Shown one piece after another: positions 46,867 to 56,777 of a DNA stretch of 64,000 bases (the first letter of the stretch is position 1; every line of letters starts with the position of its first letter). The stretch lies in contig CAWFGE010000021.1 in NCBI GenBank assembly GCA_963815195.1, positions 64,001-128,000 of the forward strand, written 5' to 3'. The notes below the pieces were generated by a model, which saw only the letters and a program-made list of their open reading frames with translations, made no database searches and was not told the DNA's origin. The position numbers were made by a program, and so were the translations under genes. This DNA comes from an uncultured Planctomycetaceae bacterium. Lineage in GTDB: Bacteria; Planctomycetota; Planctomycetia; Planctomycetales; Planctomycetaceae.

Positions 46867-47196
46867 GTGAATTCTAACGAAAAGCATAAGTCCGTGGAAC
46901 CCTTTGGGGAAACCAGGCCCAAGAAGAGTGGCTGGGCAGTTTGCCTGTTGCTAATTGCTTTGCCGGCAGTTTGGATGTGGTTTCAGTATTTGACCGCTTC
47001 ACTTTTCCCGCTGGATCACGCGTATTCGGCTGCCTGGGAGGCGGTTGGATGGCTTTTCTGTAGCATTGGTGTCATTGCTGTAACGTGGTGTTTCGTTGAA
47101 TCCAATTCCAAGGCTGTTCGGTACTGCGCACTTCTCTTTATATTCGTTCCATATGTAGTGGCTGTCTATCTCTACGTAAAACTGGCTTTTCTGTAG
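46867..47196 (+). CDS. Small hypothetical membrane protein (3 TM)
   Basis: 109-aa hydrophobic ORF in AT-richer DNA; GTG start. Confidence 0.5.
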   Translation: MNSNEKHKSVEPFGETRPKKSGWAVCLLLIALPAVWMWFQYLTASLFPLDHAYSAAWEAVGWLFCSIGVIAVTWCFVESNSKAVRYCALLFIFVPYVVAVYLYVKLAFL

Positions 47197-47207
47197 GTTC
47201 CTTGCGG

Positions 47208-47361
47208 GAGCAGCCAGCTTATGCTGGCCGCTCGCCTGTGTTGCGGGTTCGAGTGTGTTGGGTCTTGATGAGACCAGCCAACTGGCGCTGGCCGCTCGCC
47301 TGTGCGGGTTGGGGCGTGTTGGTTCTTCCTGAGATCAGCCCGCTGGCGCTGGCCGCTCGCC
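47208..47361. repeat. ~62-bp tandem repeat built on a REP-like hairpin
   Basis: GCTGGCCGCTCGCC at 47223, 47287 and 47348 with similar intervening sequence. The first copy forms the hairpin GAGCAGCCAGC-TTAT-GCTGGCCGCTC. Confidence 0.8.
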
Positions 47362-47740
47362 TTGCATTTTTTTCAACGCGATAGATTTTCCCGAAATATT
47401 CTCAAGTTTCCATTTTGACTTCTCTCATTCCTGACCTACGTTTGAATTGAACGCGGAGAACGCTTATCGCCGGGACTGAAACCTGGAGCAGGGCTTCTTC
47501 GCGACTCCTCCCGCTGTGGTTTGCCGGCTTTTCCGCAGGGCGTCGGCAGACTGTTCTCCGGGAGTTCAAAATGCGGGCGGTGGGCAGCAACCTGCGGGTG
47601 CTGTCAACGACATTGAGTTCAACTTCGCTGTGAGGTTGAGTTTTTTGGGGAAAGACGCCTCTTGGGGTGACAACCAACAAACGGGCGGCGGGCTTTCTCA
47701 CATCGTTCCTGTGGAACACGTTTTAATGAGAGGACAACCA

Positions 47741-47914
47741 ATGAAAAACTTCGCACAGAGCATCAAGCGTTTCTTGGCTTCCGAAGACGGCCCGACCGCG
47801 GTCGAATACGCCGTGATGCTGGCCTTGATCGTCGTCGTGTGTCTGACCGCCATCCAAGCCGTCGGCACCAACGCGAACACCAAGTTTGAAGCCGTTCGCG
47901 ACGCCTTGACGTAA
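47741..47914 (+). CDS. flp: Flp family type IVb pilin
   Basis: RFLASEDG|PTAVEYAVMLALI Flp motif; GAGAGGA RBS; 57 aa. Confidence 0.96.
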   Translation: MKNFAQSIKRFLASEDGPTAVEYAVMLALIVVVCLTAIQAVGTNANTKFEAVRDALT

Positions 47915-47974
47915 TCGGGGCGGCCGCCCGCGTCCGGTTGATGCCGTAACGCGGGATGTGCCGAACGAACAACC

Positions 47975-48030
47975 GGGGCGGGCTGTCCAGACGCGGGATC
48001 ACCGAGTTTGGAACAGCCCGGCCCGTTTTT
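47975..48030 (+). terminator. Probable intrinsic terminator after flp
   Basis: Stem CGGGCTGTCCAGAC / GTTTGGAACAGCCCG followed by GCCCGTTTTT. Confidence 0.6.
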
Positions 48031-48064
48031 CATGTGCCAAGGTTTTTTTTCGGCTTTCGTTTCC

Positions 48065-48129
48065 AGGTGGCACAGACCTTCTTGTCTGTGAGAACGCGGC
48101 TCCGGACAGACAGGTACGTCCATGCCACC
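48065..48129. repeat. REP-like inverted pair
   Basis: GGTGGCACAGACCTTCTTGTCTGTG ... CAGACAGGTACGTCCATGCCACC. Confidence 0.6.
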
Positions 48130-48533
48130 CATTTTCTGTTTGCAAGCTAGGGTGATTTCATGTTTCCATTCTGGATTGATTATTCGTCCCTGTCGTTCTG
48201 GGAGCTCGCGCCGTGGCTCGTGGGCATGGTGACGTGGTTTTCCTTCGTGCATGGTGGGCGATAAGGCCGGGTCCAGCGCACCGGCACGACCCGCTCGACC
48301 GGCAGTTTCGCGCGGGATCGTCCGGGGGCGCCGAGTTTGATTTGTAATTTTTTCGCGGCCGGCACCGCCGTAACCTAGATTCCAACGTGTGTTCCAGACA
48401 AGTCGATTAAAAATGCGTGCCACTGGATTTGCCAGCTGGCCGAGCGCACTGGCGGAGCCGGTGGCACACAGTGGGCAAGGGAAAAAACAACGTCTCGGCG
48501 CGGTTCGCGATTTTTTAGAAAGGCTTCGGAAAA

Positions 48534-49085
48534 ATGGATTGGGAAACGCTTCTCCTCACAAACTGGCACGTCAAGTTCGTCTGCCTGGTTCTGATCGTCG
48601 CCGCGTACATCGACGGCAAGGAACTCCGCGTTCCGAATTGGATCACCTATCCGATGGTGTTCAGCGGATTGATTTACAACGTCTGGGCCGCTGATGGCGC
48701 CGGGTTGGGGATGGCCTTGGTGGGCATGTTCGTCGGCCTGTTGTGCCTGCTCCCCTTGTATGCGGTGGGCGGGATGGGCGCGGGCGATGTCAAACTGATG
48801 GCGGGCATCGGGGCCTGGCTGGGCTGGCAGATCACCTTGTATTCTTTCGCGACGACCACGATCGTGGGGGCGGTGATGGCCGTCGTCATGGTCTGGTATA
48901 CGAAAAACTTCACCAAGCACTATGGCAATTTTCTCACCATCGTGAGCGAATGGCTTACGATCCGCAATCCGCGGGAACTCTCAAGGATTGCCGCCGATCG
49001 CAAGCCCACCATGTTCCTTTTGCCCTATGGGATTCCGATCTGTGTCGGTTCCATTGGCTACTTTTTCTTCGCCGGTCTGATGTAA
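48534..49085 (+). CDS. cpaA: Prepilin peptidase CpaA/TadV (A24 family)
   Basis: AAYIDG..LRVPNW, GMGAGDVKL, LPYGIPI. Confidence 0.93.
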   Translation: MDWETLLLTNWHVKFVCLVLIVAAYIDGKELRVPNWITYPMVFSGLIYNVWAADGAGLGMALVGMFVGLLCLLPLYAVGGMGAGDVKLMAGIGAWLGWQITLYSFATTTIVGAVMAVVMVWYTKNFTKHYGNFLTIVSEWLTIRNPRELSRIAADRKPTMFLLPYGIPICVGSIGYFFFAGLM

Positions 49086-49260
49086 GCCGGCGGATTGTCG
49101 AATGGAAGCCGGGCCGAACGTTTAATTTGCCGGACGAGAGGGTCAAAAGCCCTCGATCGTCCCTCTCCTTCCGGGGAGAGCCCACCCGAACACTTCACGA
49201 GCATGCCAGGACCGTTCGGTTGTCTTGCCTCTCGAATAGCGATTCCAGGAGATTCCTCCC

Positions 49261-50289
49261 ATGAAGATGAAGTCCATGGTTTTATTTACCGTGGCGATCG
49301 GCCTAGGGCTGTTTGCCATGTACAGCGTGCAGAAGGTCATGTCCCAAAACCGGGGCACGGAAACAGAGTACGGCCAGGTGCTGGTTGCGATTTCGGACAT
49401 CCCGCCGGGCGTTCCGCTCGACGATTCCAATGTGTCCTTCCGCAAATGGCCCAAGGACGCCATTCCCGAAGGCGCCGTCGTCAGCGAGGAGCAATACGTC
49501 GAACGGGCGCTCAAAGGCGCGGCCGTGTCGGGGGAAATGCTCATGGTGGCGAAGCTGGGCGAGAAAGGCGTGTTCGGAGCCTCCAGCGAAATTCCCGACG
49601 GGATGCGGGCGGTGACGGTTTCGGTCGATCCCACAAAAACGCACAGCGGCCAGATCCAGCCGGACGACCGCGTGGACGTGCTGGTGACCTACAAATCCCG
49701 CACGAAGAAGGGCATGATCACCCGCACGAAGGCCGTCTTGGAATTCATTCAAGTTTTCTCGGTCGACAACCGCCGCGCGGGGCTTCCCGGCGAAAATGAA
49801 GAAGTCAGCGCCAAGAACATCTCTCTTCTCGTCACGCCGGATCAGGCGAACCTGTTGATGCTTGCGGAAAGCAAAGGCACGCTGCATTTGGCGCTTCGGC
49901 ACAAAACGGACGACGATCCCGCGAAGCCGGCGATGGTGGACGATTCCTTCTTCGACGATGTCGAGACGCAACTCGGCGAGCGGACCGGCGAGTTCGACGA
50001 GGGCGCGAAGGAGCGGCGGGTCATGGCCGCACCGGATCCCAAAAACATCGCCGAAGCATTAAAGCGGGAACTTGCGGGGCAGGGAACTCCCCCAGCCGAG
50101 CCCTCGGGACCGGAAATTCCAGCGGAGCCTGCGCCGGAAATGTGGAAAATCCAAATCTACACAGGGAAAGAAGTAAGGATCGAGGAAGTCGAATTACCGC
50201 CCGAGAAACCCGAAACAAAGGAAGAGCCAACCAAAGTCTCCCACCTCTGGAAGACGATACAAGAAATGGTATCCGAACAAGTCCACTAA
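49261..50289 (+). CDS. cpaB: Flp pilus assembly protein CpaB/RcpC
   Basis: SAF domain VLVAISDIPPG; IPDGMRAVTVSV, GQIQPDDRVDVL, LLVTPDQA, LHLALR. Confidence 0.93.
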   Translation: MKMKSMVLFTVAIGLGLFAMYSVQKVMSQNRGTETEYGQVLVAISDIPPGVPLDDSNVSFRKWPKDAIPEGAVVSEEQYVERALKGAAVSGEMLMVAKLGEKGVFGASSEIPDGMRAVTVSVDPTKTHSGQIQPDDRVDVLVTYKSRTKKGMITRTKAVLEFIQVFSVDNRRAGLPGENEEVSAKNISLLVTPDQANLLMLAESKGTLHLALRHKTDDDPAKPAMVDDSFFDDVETQLGERTGEFDEGAKERRVMAAPDPKNIAEALKRELAGQGTPPAEPSGPEIPAEPAPEMWKIQIYTGKEVRIEEVELPPEKPETKEEPTKVSHLWKTIQEMVSEQVH

Positions 50290-50638
50290 TGCGAACAGGC
50301 GTTACCATCGGACTCAACAGCTCGGTCAAGGGTTTTCCAGCCTCGCAAAGCTTTAGGCTTGAAGCTGGGAACCTTGGGCCGAGTGAGTCCGTTTGGCACC
50401 ACCTGCGGATTTGAGCGGAGCCGGGTGCGCGGGAAGCACAAGGGCTCATCGCTTCCCGCGATCCAAGAAGTGGTTCGGGCTTTGCTTTGGTTTCAGATTG
50501 GGAGACCAAAGCGTTAAGCCAAACTGGGGGGCCGGCCACATGGGTCCGGTCGCGTAAAGATTCACAGTGGTGTTTTGATTCGCGTCCTTTTGCGGGAATT
50601 GCCGCTGGCAGGCGCGAGTCCGTACCAGACCCTGAGGT

Positions 50639-50648
50639 GCATGGATGC
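50639..50648 (+). promoter_or_regulatory. Candidate CsrA/RsmA-type site (GCA-TGGA-TGC) overlapping the cpaC start
   Basis: Mini-hairpin with GGA in the loop, matching CAnGGAyG. Confidence 0.35.
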
Positions 50649-52430
50649 AATTAAAAACTTGGGACCGCTTGCAGGCGGTGAGGCGTCTGTTTTCGATTGG
50701 GGCGGTTTGCCTGGGCCTGGCGGGGCTCGGCAGTACGGCGTTTGCGCTCGACGAGCCTCAACCGTCCTTGAATGACCCCGTCGTCGTGGTGAACAGAGAA
50801 AAATCCACGATGCAAATCGTGGAGCGCTTCACGAAAATTGTCAAACTCCCCGGCCGGGTTGTCCGCGTGGATGGATTCGACCCCGCCGTGGTCAACGTGG
50901 CCGCGGCCTCTCCGACCGAGTTTCGGATCATGGCCGTCGCTCCGGGCGTGACCACCATCGTCTTCGCCGATGAGAACGGCGCGATCTACACGGTCGAAAC
51001 CTTCGTGGCGGGCGATGTCCGCCATCTGCAAGCCTACATCGACCGGCTGTTTCCGGGTTCCGCGGTCAAGGCCGTCGCCGTCAAAGACAGCGTCGTCCTG
51101 CGCGGCTGGGTGACCCGCCCGGAAAACATCACCGCCATCGTCGAAATCGCCGAGCAGTTTTATCCCCGCGTGCTCAACCAGATGCAGGTCGGCGGTGCGC
51201 AGCAGGTGATTTTGAAAGTCAAAGTGATGGAAGTCCAACGCTCCAAGATCCGGCAGTTGGGCCTCAACTTCTTGTTCCTCGACAATAACCAGTTTCTGTC
51301 CAACACCGTGGGCCAGTTGACGCAGTTGAGCAACTTGCCGGGCGGATTCGGTTCGAGCGGAGGCAACGTCTTCTCGCAACAGTCGTTGTCGGCCGCCCAA
51401 GTCGCGGCGGGGCTAGTGCATAACAGCTCCCTGTTCCAAGGCTTCATCGAAGCGCTTAAGCAGGAGAACTTGTTGAAGATTCTCGCCGAACCCACGTTGA
51501 ACACATCCAACGGCCGGCCCTCGAACCTTCTGGCGGGCGGCGAATTTCCGGTGGTCGTTCCGCAAGGCTTGGGCCGAAACTCGGTCAAGTACAAACAGTT
51601 CGGCGTGCAATTGGAAGCCGTGCCCACCATCCTCGGAAACGGCCGCGTGCGGCTGGAACTCGCTCCGGAAGTCAGCGAGCGGGACTTCACCAACTCGGTG
51701 ACGATCGGCGGGATCACCGCTCCCGGCTTGACGACCCGCCGGGTCAACACGCAGGTCGAAATGGAATTCGGTCAAACCTACATGCTGGCCGGGCTGTTGT
51801 CGCTCCGGCGGCTCGCCAACACGAACAAGGTTCCGCTGTTCGGCGAAATCCCCGGAATCGGGGCCCTGTTCCGCCGGGTCCGGTACGAAGAAGCGGAAAC
51901 GGAACTCGTGATTATGGTCACTCCGGAACTCGCCGGTCCCATGGAACGCTGCCAGGTTCCGCCCAATCCTCCCGGCACGTTCACTTCGGTGCCCACCGCG
52001 ACAGAGCTGTTTTGCGACGGGATGATCGAAGTGCCGAATTACGGCGGCCGCTGCAACGGCGTGTGCGAGATGGGCGGGCTTCCCAGCAGCCGCTTGCATT
52101 ATGCCACCGTGTGCGAGGGCGGATGCCCGCCCAACTCGCCGATGATGGACTTCCCGGCGGATTCGAACATGATGGGACCGGGCCAAATGCCGCTTCCCGA
52201 AACGGCCCCCATGCCAGGGGCGCCGATTCCCTCGGCTCCGCCCGCGGCTCCCGCCGAAGAACGACTCCCGCTCCTTCCGCAAGTCGCCGCTGCCTGCTCA
52301 GGATGCGGAAGGCTCCTCGGAGATCAAGCCCATCTCCTATAACGGTTGGTATCAGTACAAACCGAAATCCCGGGTCGAAGGGGCCCAGGCGACATCCCCC
52401 GCCGAGCGGCCGGGACTCATCGCGCCCTAA
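50645..52430 (+). CDS. cpaC: Tad secretin CpaC/RcpA; probable frameshift near 52270
   Basis: QQVILKVKVMEV, ILAEPTL...G..SNLLAGGEFP, YKQFGVQL, ELAPEVSE, RRVNTQVE, KVPLFGEIPGIGALFR, ETELVIMVTP. An alternate frame gives ...IKPISYN...RPGLIAP* ending at 52430. Confidence 0.92.
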
Positions 52431-52467
52431 TCATCGGCCCGATCGACAGAACTTCTCTTAAACGACA

Positions 52468-52514
52468 ACCCGAAGCGCCGGCAAAAACGCCGCCGGCGCT
52501 TCGGGTCTTTTTTT
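52468..52514 (+). terminator. Rho-independent terminator after cpaC
   Basis: 15-bp stem ACCCGAAGCGCCGGC / GCCGGCGCTTCGGGT followed by a T run. Confidence 0.85.
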
Positions 52515-52673
52515 TGGCTCTTCCGGCGAATCGGGGGGCGGACGCTGATGATCTTTTTGGGTGATGCTCAACCACGGATTTCACCTCCCTGCGGGGAGGT
52601 GAAAGATCGCGGACAAGAGATTCTTTAACACCGTCGCCGTTCCCCCTGATGATCCGGAAGACCCCTTTTTTTT

Positions 52674-52820
52674 GATCCGCCGGAGTGCGCTCGCGTCCGG
52701 TTATTTTGGGAACCGGGGCGAGCGCCCTGCGGCGAATGAATGGATCGAGAAATATCCACCGCAGTGCGCTCGCATTCGGTTATTCCAATAAACCGGGGCG
52801 AGCGCCCTGCGGCGGATAAA
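52674..52820. repeat. Two tandem REP/REPIN units, family A
   Basis: AACCGGGGCGAGCGCCCTGCGGC occurs twice (~52711 and ~52791), each preceded by an imperfect inverted arm; same family as 6186 and 58677. Confidence 0.8.
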
Positions 52821-53189
52821 TGTGTTATGTATCCCTCAAATGACCTAACCGATAGAGCCCCGACAATCCGCCCCCGGGCAAGGGAAATCCCGGCGGCGAA
52901 AAACAAAATCCCCAGACGGCGGAACATCGGAAACTAAACTTCACGCAGAGATTAGGATTGATGGGGCGACCGGTGGGCCTCCCGGCGGCGTTCCTCATTT
53001 CTGACTTTGTGTTGAGGCCGGAGACATCCAGGCACCGGCTTTTCGCCGGGCCGGGGTTCCTTGTGTCAAGGAGTTTGCTTTGAGCCAAGGCACGCGTCCA
53101 CGTATTTCTGATCTGTCCTAGGCCTCGCCATACCGGCTTTCTCCTCAAAAGCCGCGGGCTTAGTCACACGGAAGCGGGCAAGTGATCCT

Positions 53190-54398
53190 ATGAAAAACGT
53201 CGTTCGAGTCGCCATCGTTGATCCCAATGATGCCACGCGCGGTCAGCTCAAGGACATGCTCCTGGGCATCGACCAGGTGTGGCTGGATGCGGATTGCTCG
53301 CGGTACGAATTCTTCACGGACGTGGTCTCGCAGTCGCATCCCGAAATCGCGCTGGTCTCGCTGGACGCCGACGCCCAAAAAGCCTTGATGCTGGTCGCCA
53401 AGCTCTCCCAGGAAATGCCGAGCACCAGCGTGCTCGTCCTCAGCAGTTCCCAGGAAGGCAGCCTGATCCTGCAAGCCATGCGGAATGGGGCCAAGGAATT
53501 CCTGAACTTCCCCTTAAACATCGAAGACTTCCTCGCGGCCCTCGATCGGATGCAACAAGCCGGCGGCGGACCGGGCGGCGACGGACGCGTGCGGTCGAGC
53601 CAGGTCATCACGGTCGCCGGCGTGGGCGGAGGCGTGGGCTGCACGTCCCTGGCGATCAACCTCGCCTGCATTCTGGCCCAGAACGATCGCAACAGCGTCG
53701 CGATGATCGACCTGGACCTCGCCCTCGGCGATGCGGACATCTGGCTCGACATCATTCCCGATTACACGATCCACGACGTGGCGGAGAACATCACTCGCCT
53801 GGATTACTCGCTGCTCAAACGCTCGCTGACCAAGCACGACTGCGGGGCCTTCCTGCTGCCGCGCCCCGTGCAAATGGACAACACCACCGCGATCACGCCC
53901 GACGAACTCCGCCGGGTGCTCACGCTGCTCAAAGCCACGTTCACGCACCTGGTGATCGACGTGAGCAAATCGTTTGGGGCGCTCGATCTGGCGGCGATGG
54001 AAAACTCGGACGCGGTGCTGCTCGTGACGCAGCTCGACTTGTCCTGCCTGCGGAACGTCGTGCGGATGATGCAGTTTTTCGATCTGAACGAGGAGCTCGC
54101 GGAAAAAATTCAAATCGTCGTCAACCGCCTCGGGCTCGAAGATTCCCAGATCAGTCTGAACAAAGCCCTCGAAACCATCGGCCGCGACATCACCTGGCAG
54201 ATCCCCAACGACTACGCCACGATGGTCGATTCCCGCAACAACGGCGTCCCGCTGATCACCCGCGCCCCGAAGGCCAAGGTCACCAAGGCCCTGGAAAAAA
54301 TGGCCCGCAGCTTCGACAGCGCCGCGGCCCGCGACGGCGATGCCGACGACGAGAAAAAAACCCGCAAAGGGTTGTTCGGCTTTCTCTCGAGCAAATAG
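53190..54398 (+). CDS. cpaE: Pilus assembly protein CpaE/TadZ (receiver-like + MinD/ParA domain)
   Basis: AMRNGAKEFL, GVGGGVGCTSLAINLA, IDLDLALGD, VVNR, IPND...NNGVP. Confidence 0.92.
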   Translation: MKNVVRVAIVDPNDATRGQLKDMLLGIDQVWLDADCSRYEFFTDVVSQSHPEIALVSLDADAQKALMLVAKLSQEMPSTSVLVLSSSQEGSLILQAMRNGAKEFLNFPLNIEDFLAALDRMQQAGGGPGGDGRVRSSQVITVAGVGGGVGCTSLAINLACILAQNDRNSVAMIDLDLALGDADIWLDIIPDYTIHDVAENITRLDYSLLKRSLTKHDCGAFLLPRPVQMDNTTAITPDELRRVLTLLKATFTHLVIDVSKSFGALDLAAMENSDAVLLVTQLDLSCLRNVVRMMQFFDLNEELAEKIQIVVNRLGLEDSQISLNKALETIGRDITWQIPNDYATMVDSRNNGVPLITRAPKAKVTKALEKMARSFDSAAARDGDADDEKKTRKGLFGFLSSK

Positions 54399-54406
54399 CC
54401 ACTCCG

Positions 54407-54546
54407 CCCATGATCGCTACAAAATCATGGGCTTGAGCCTGCGCACGAAGTAAGCGGTCTTGCGTTTTGTGAATCCCTGAAAAACGCTTACTTCGTGCGC
54501 GGCTCTTGAAACATGAAAAACGCTTACTTCGTGCGCGGCTCTTGAA
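54407..54546. repeat. REP-like cluster between convergent genes: 33-bp direct repeat plus an inverted copy
   Basis: TGAAAAACGCTTACTTCGTGCGCGGCTCTTGAA at 54478-54510 and 54514-54546; inverted arm at 54435-54456; hairpin GCCCATGAT/ATCATGGGC. Confidence 0.85.
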
Positions 54547-54562
54547 CATTCATCCGGCAATG

Positions 54563-56011
54563 TTACTCGGCGGATTTCCATGCGGGATCGCCCGCATCTT
54601 TGGGCAAGGCCTTGTTCCACTCGGTGACGAGCCCGTGCAAACGGTCGGCGATGTCCGGGTGCTTCGCCACAACGTTCTTAGTTTCCGAAACGTCGGCCTC
54701 GAGGTTGTATAGCTGCCGATCGCTGCCGTCGTAGTTGACGTAATACTTCCACGGGCCCTGGCGGACGGCGAGGTCGGGGTTGTCCTCCTGTTTTGTTCCC
54801 GGACGGTCGGGCGGGCGTCGCCAGAAAATCGGGGCGGTGCGGCTGTCCTGTTTCTTGCCGAGCAGCGTGGCCGACAGATCTTCGCCGTCGAGATTGGCTC
54901 CCGGCTCCGGTTCGATTCCGGCGAGGGTGTATAGCGACCGGTTCACATCGAGAGCGCACAGGACGGACGTTTTGTTCGTCGTCCCGGCCGCGCCGTCGGC
55001 GAGAAAGCCCGGCCCCCACACGATCAACGGCGAACGCACGCCGCCTTCATAAAGCCAGGTCTTCGAGCCGCGGAGCGGAGCCGCCGAACCTGCGCCCGCT
55101 TCGGGGCCGTTGTCCGACATCACCAGGATCAGCGTGTTTCGCGCGAGCGACTTGTCCCCGCGAATGCGGTCAAACAGCGTGCCCAACTGCTCGTCCATTG
55201 CATCGAGCACGGCATAGTACAGGGCTTTTTTCGACTCGTCGGTTTTGTCGCGGAGCACCTTGGGCGGAAAGAACGGCGAATGCACATCGTCGGGCCAGAT
55301 GTTGACGAAAAACGGCTTCCCGTCCGCTTGGGCTTCGTCGATGAACGCGCCCGCGTCCTTCACAAACGCCGCCGTCACCACCGAGCGGTCCTCCCAGCGG
55401 ATCGGTCCGTGGCCGAGCTTCGCGGAGCCCAGGTCGTGTTTCCGCGGCGGCTTTCCGTCGTAGGCGTCTTTGAGCGGCAGCACCCGGGGGCCGAGGCCTT
55501 CAAAATTCGTGAGGCTGCGATCGAACCCGTACTTGGAAATGAGCGGAGCCTCCCCCACATCCCGCTGGCCGCCCATGTGCCATTTGCCGAAGTGCCCCGT
55601 CCTATAGCCGGCCTTGTGGAGTTGCCGGGCCAGCATGGGGGCCTGGGGATCGAGCCATTGCGCGATGCCGCGATCGCGGTTGAGCTGCCGGGCTGCGAGA
55701 TACGAGCTGATCCGCCAGCGCTGCGGATATTGCCCGGTGGAAAGCGCGACCCGCGACGGCGAGCAGATCGGCGAGTTGACGTAGAAGTTCGTAAACCGCA
55801 GCCCGTCCTCGGCGAGCGCATCGATATTCTCGGTCCGCGCGCGGTCTCCCGCGAAGCACGACAGGTCCGACCAGCCCATGTCGTCGATGAACACCGTGAC
55901 GATGTTCGGACGCGTGGCGTTGGGACGATCGTCCGCCCAGACCCGGCCCGGCCAAAGCAGCATCAGACCGAGAAAGAGCACGTTCCAAATTCGACGCGGA
56001 TCGTTCATCAT
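54563..56011 (-). CDS. Secreted formylglycine-dependent sulfatase
   Basis: PNIVTVFIDDMG, ICSPSRVALSTG, GKWHMG, SDNG, KTWLYEGGVR, QLYNL. Confidence 0.95.
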   Translation of the reverse strand: MMNDPRRIWNVLFLGLMLLWPGRVWADDRPNATRPNIVTVFIDDMGWSDLSCFAGDRARTENIDALAEDGLRFTNFYVNSPICSPSRVALSTGQYPQRWRISSYLAARQLNRDRGIAQWLDPQAPMLARQLHKAGYRTGHFGKWHMGGQRDVGEAPLISKYGFDRSLTNFEGLGPRVLPLKDAYDGKPPRKHDLGSAKLGHGPIRWEDRSVVTAAFVKDAGAFIDEAQADGKPFFVNIWPDDVHSPFFPPKVLRDKTDESKKALYYAVLDAMDEQLGTLFDRIRGDKSLARNTLILVMSDNGPEAGAGSAAPLRGSKTWLYEGGVRSPLIVWGPGFLADGAAGTTNKTSVLCALDVNRSLYTLAGIEPEPGANLDGEDLSATLLGKKQDSRTAPIFWRRPPDRPGTKQEDNPDLAVRQGPWKYYVNYDGSDRQLYNLEADVSETKNVVAKHPDIADRLHGLVTEWNKALPKDAGDPAWKSAE

Positions 56012-56030
56012 GTTTTCGCTCCGAGGAGGC

Positions 56031-56777
56031 TTAAGAAATCTGAATCCGGCCCGTCTCACGGTGGTATTCAGGAACGATGTGGAACCGGTTGCGTTTCGCG
56101 GCCCAACGGATGTCCGCCTCATATCCCAGGGCCAGCAAATTGCGGCCGCCGGCGCTTTCGCGGAGGGCCTCCAAGAACGCGGGTTCGCTTTGCGAATGGA
56201 CCGCGTACGACTCGAACGCCAGGCGGTTGGCATCGTTCTCGGTGAGGATTCGCCGCCCGCGCAACATTTGCAGATCGGAGATGAGCCCGCCCGCGCACAG
56301 CACATCCTCCGCCGACACCCGCCCGTCCGTGCCCGCGCACACGAGATGCACGGGGCGAAACGTTTTGCCGACCTCTTTGGCGACGGCATCCAAGTTCGCG
56401 AAACTGCCGATGACGATTCGCTCGGCGTGATGGCATTGCCCGAGGGCGTTGGTGCCGTTGGTCGTCGTGAACAGAATCGTCCGCCCGGCCACCGTTTCGG
56501 CGGTGTATTCCGCCGGCGAATTGCCGAGGTCGAAGCCCTCGATCTTCACGCCGCCGCGCTCGCCCCCCATTAAAAACGAACCGGCTGGCAGACTCAATGC
56601 GCGTTCTCTCGCTTCAGACACGTGGCCGAAAGGAACCACCGCGTCCGCCCCCGCGGCGAGAGCCTGGGAGATCGTGGTGGAGGCCCGTAACACGTCGATC
56701 ACCACCGCAACCCCGCCCCGCAAATCTTCGGGTGAGAACATCGTGGGCAGCCAATGAACGAAAACCGATTGGGTCAT
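56031..56777 (-). CDS. comB: 2-phosphosulfolactate phosphatase family
   Basis: VVIDVLRASTTI, GGERGG...GFDLGNSP, TTTNGT, VCAG...SAED. Confidence 0.92.
   Translation of the reverse strand: MTQSVFVHWLPTMFSPEDLRGGVAVVIDVLRASTTISQALAAGADAVVPFGHVSEARERALSLPAGSFLMGGERGGVKIEGFDLGNSPAEYTAETVAGRTILFTTTNGTNALGQCHHAERIVIGSFANLDAVAKEVGKTFRPVHLVCAGTDGRVSAEDVLCAGGLISDLQMLRGRRILTENDANRLAFESYAVHSQSEPAFLEALRESAGGRNLLALGYEADIRWAAKRNRFHIVPEYHRETGRIQIS

Noticed and set aside
46415..47196. Small AT-rich ORFs as integron cassettes
   Set aside because: They are divergently oriented, with no recognisable attC sites and no integron integrase.
47208..47361. Three repeats at ~62-nt period as a mini CRISPR array
   Set aside because: The conserved core is only 14 nt, the intervening sequences resemble each other, and no cas genes are present.
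47380..47740. c-di-GMP riboswitch upstream of flp
   Set aside because: Hairpins are present, but I could not find the GEMM core (GGCAAA...GACGCAAAG). An Infernal scan is needed.
54478..54546. 33-bp direct repeat as CRISPR
   Set aside because: The copies are only 3 nt apart with no spacer, and an inverted copy indicates a REP-type element.
54563..56777. comB plus sulfatase as a coenzyme M or sulfonate pathway
   Set aside because: No comA/C/D/E genes are present. Orphan comB homologues and sulfatases are common in such genomes.
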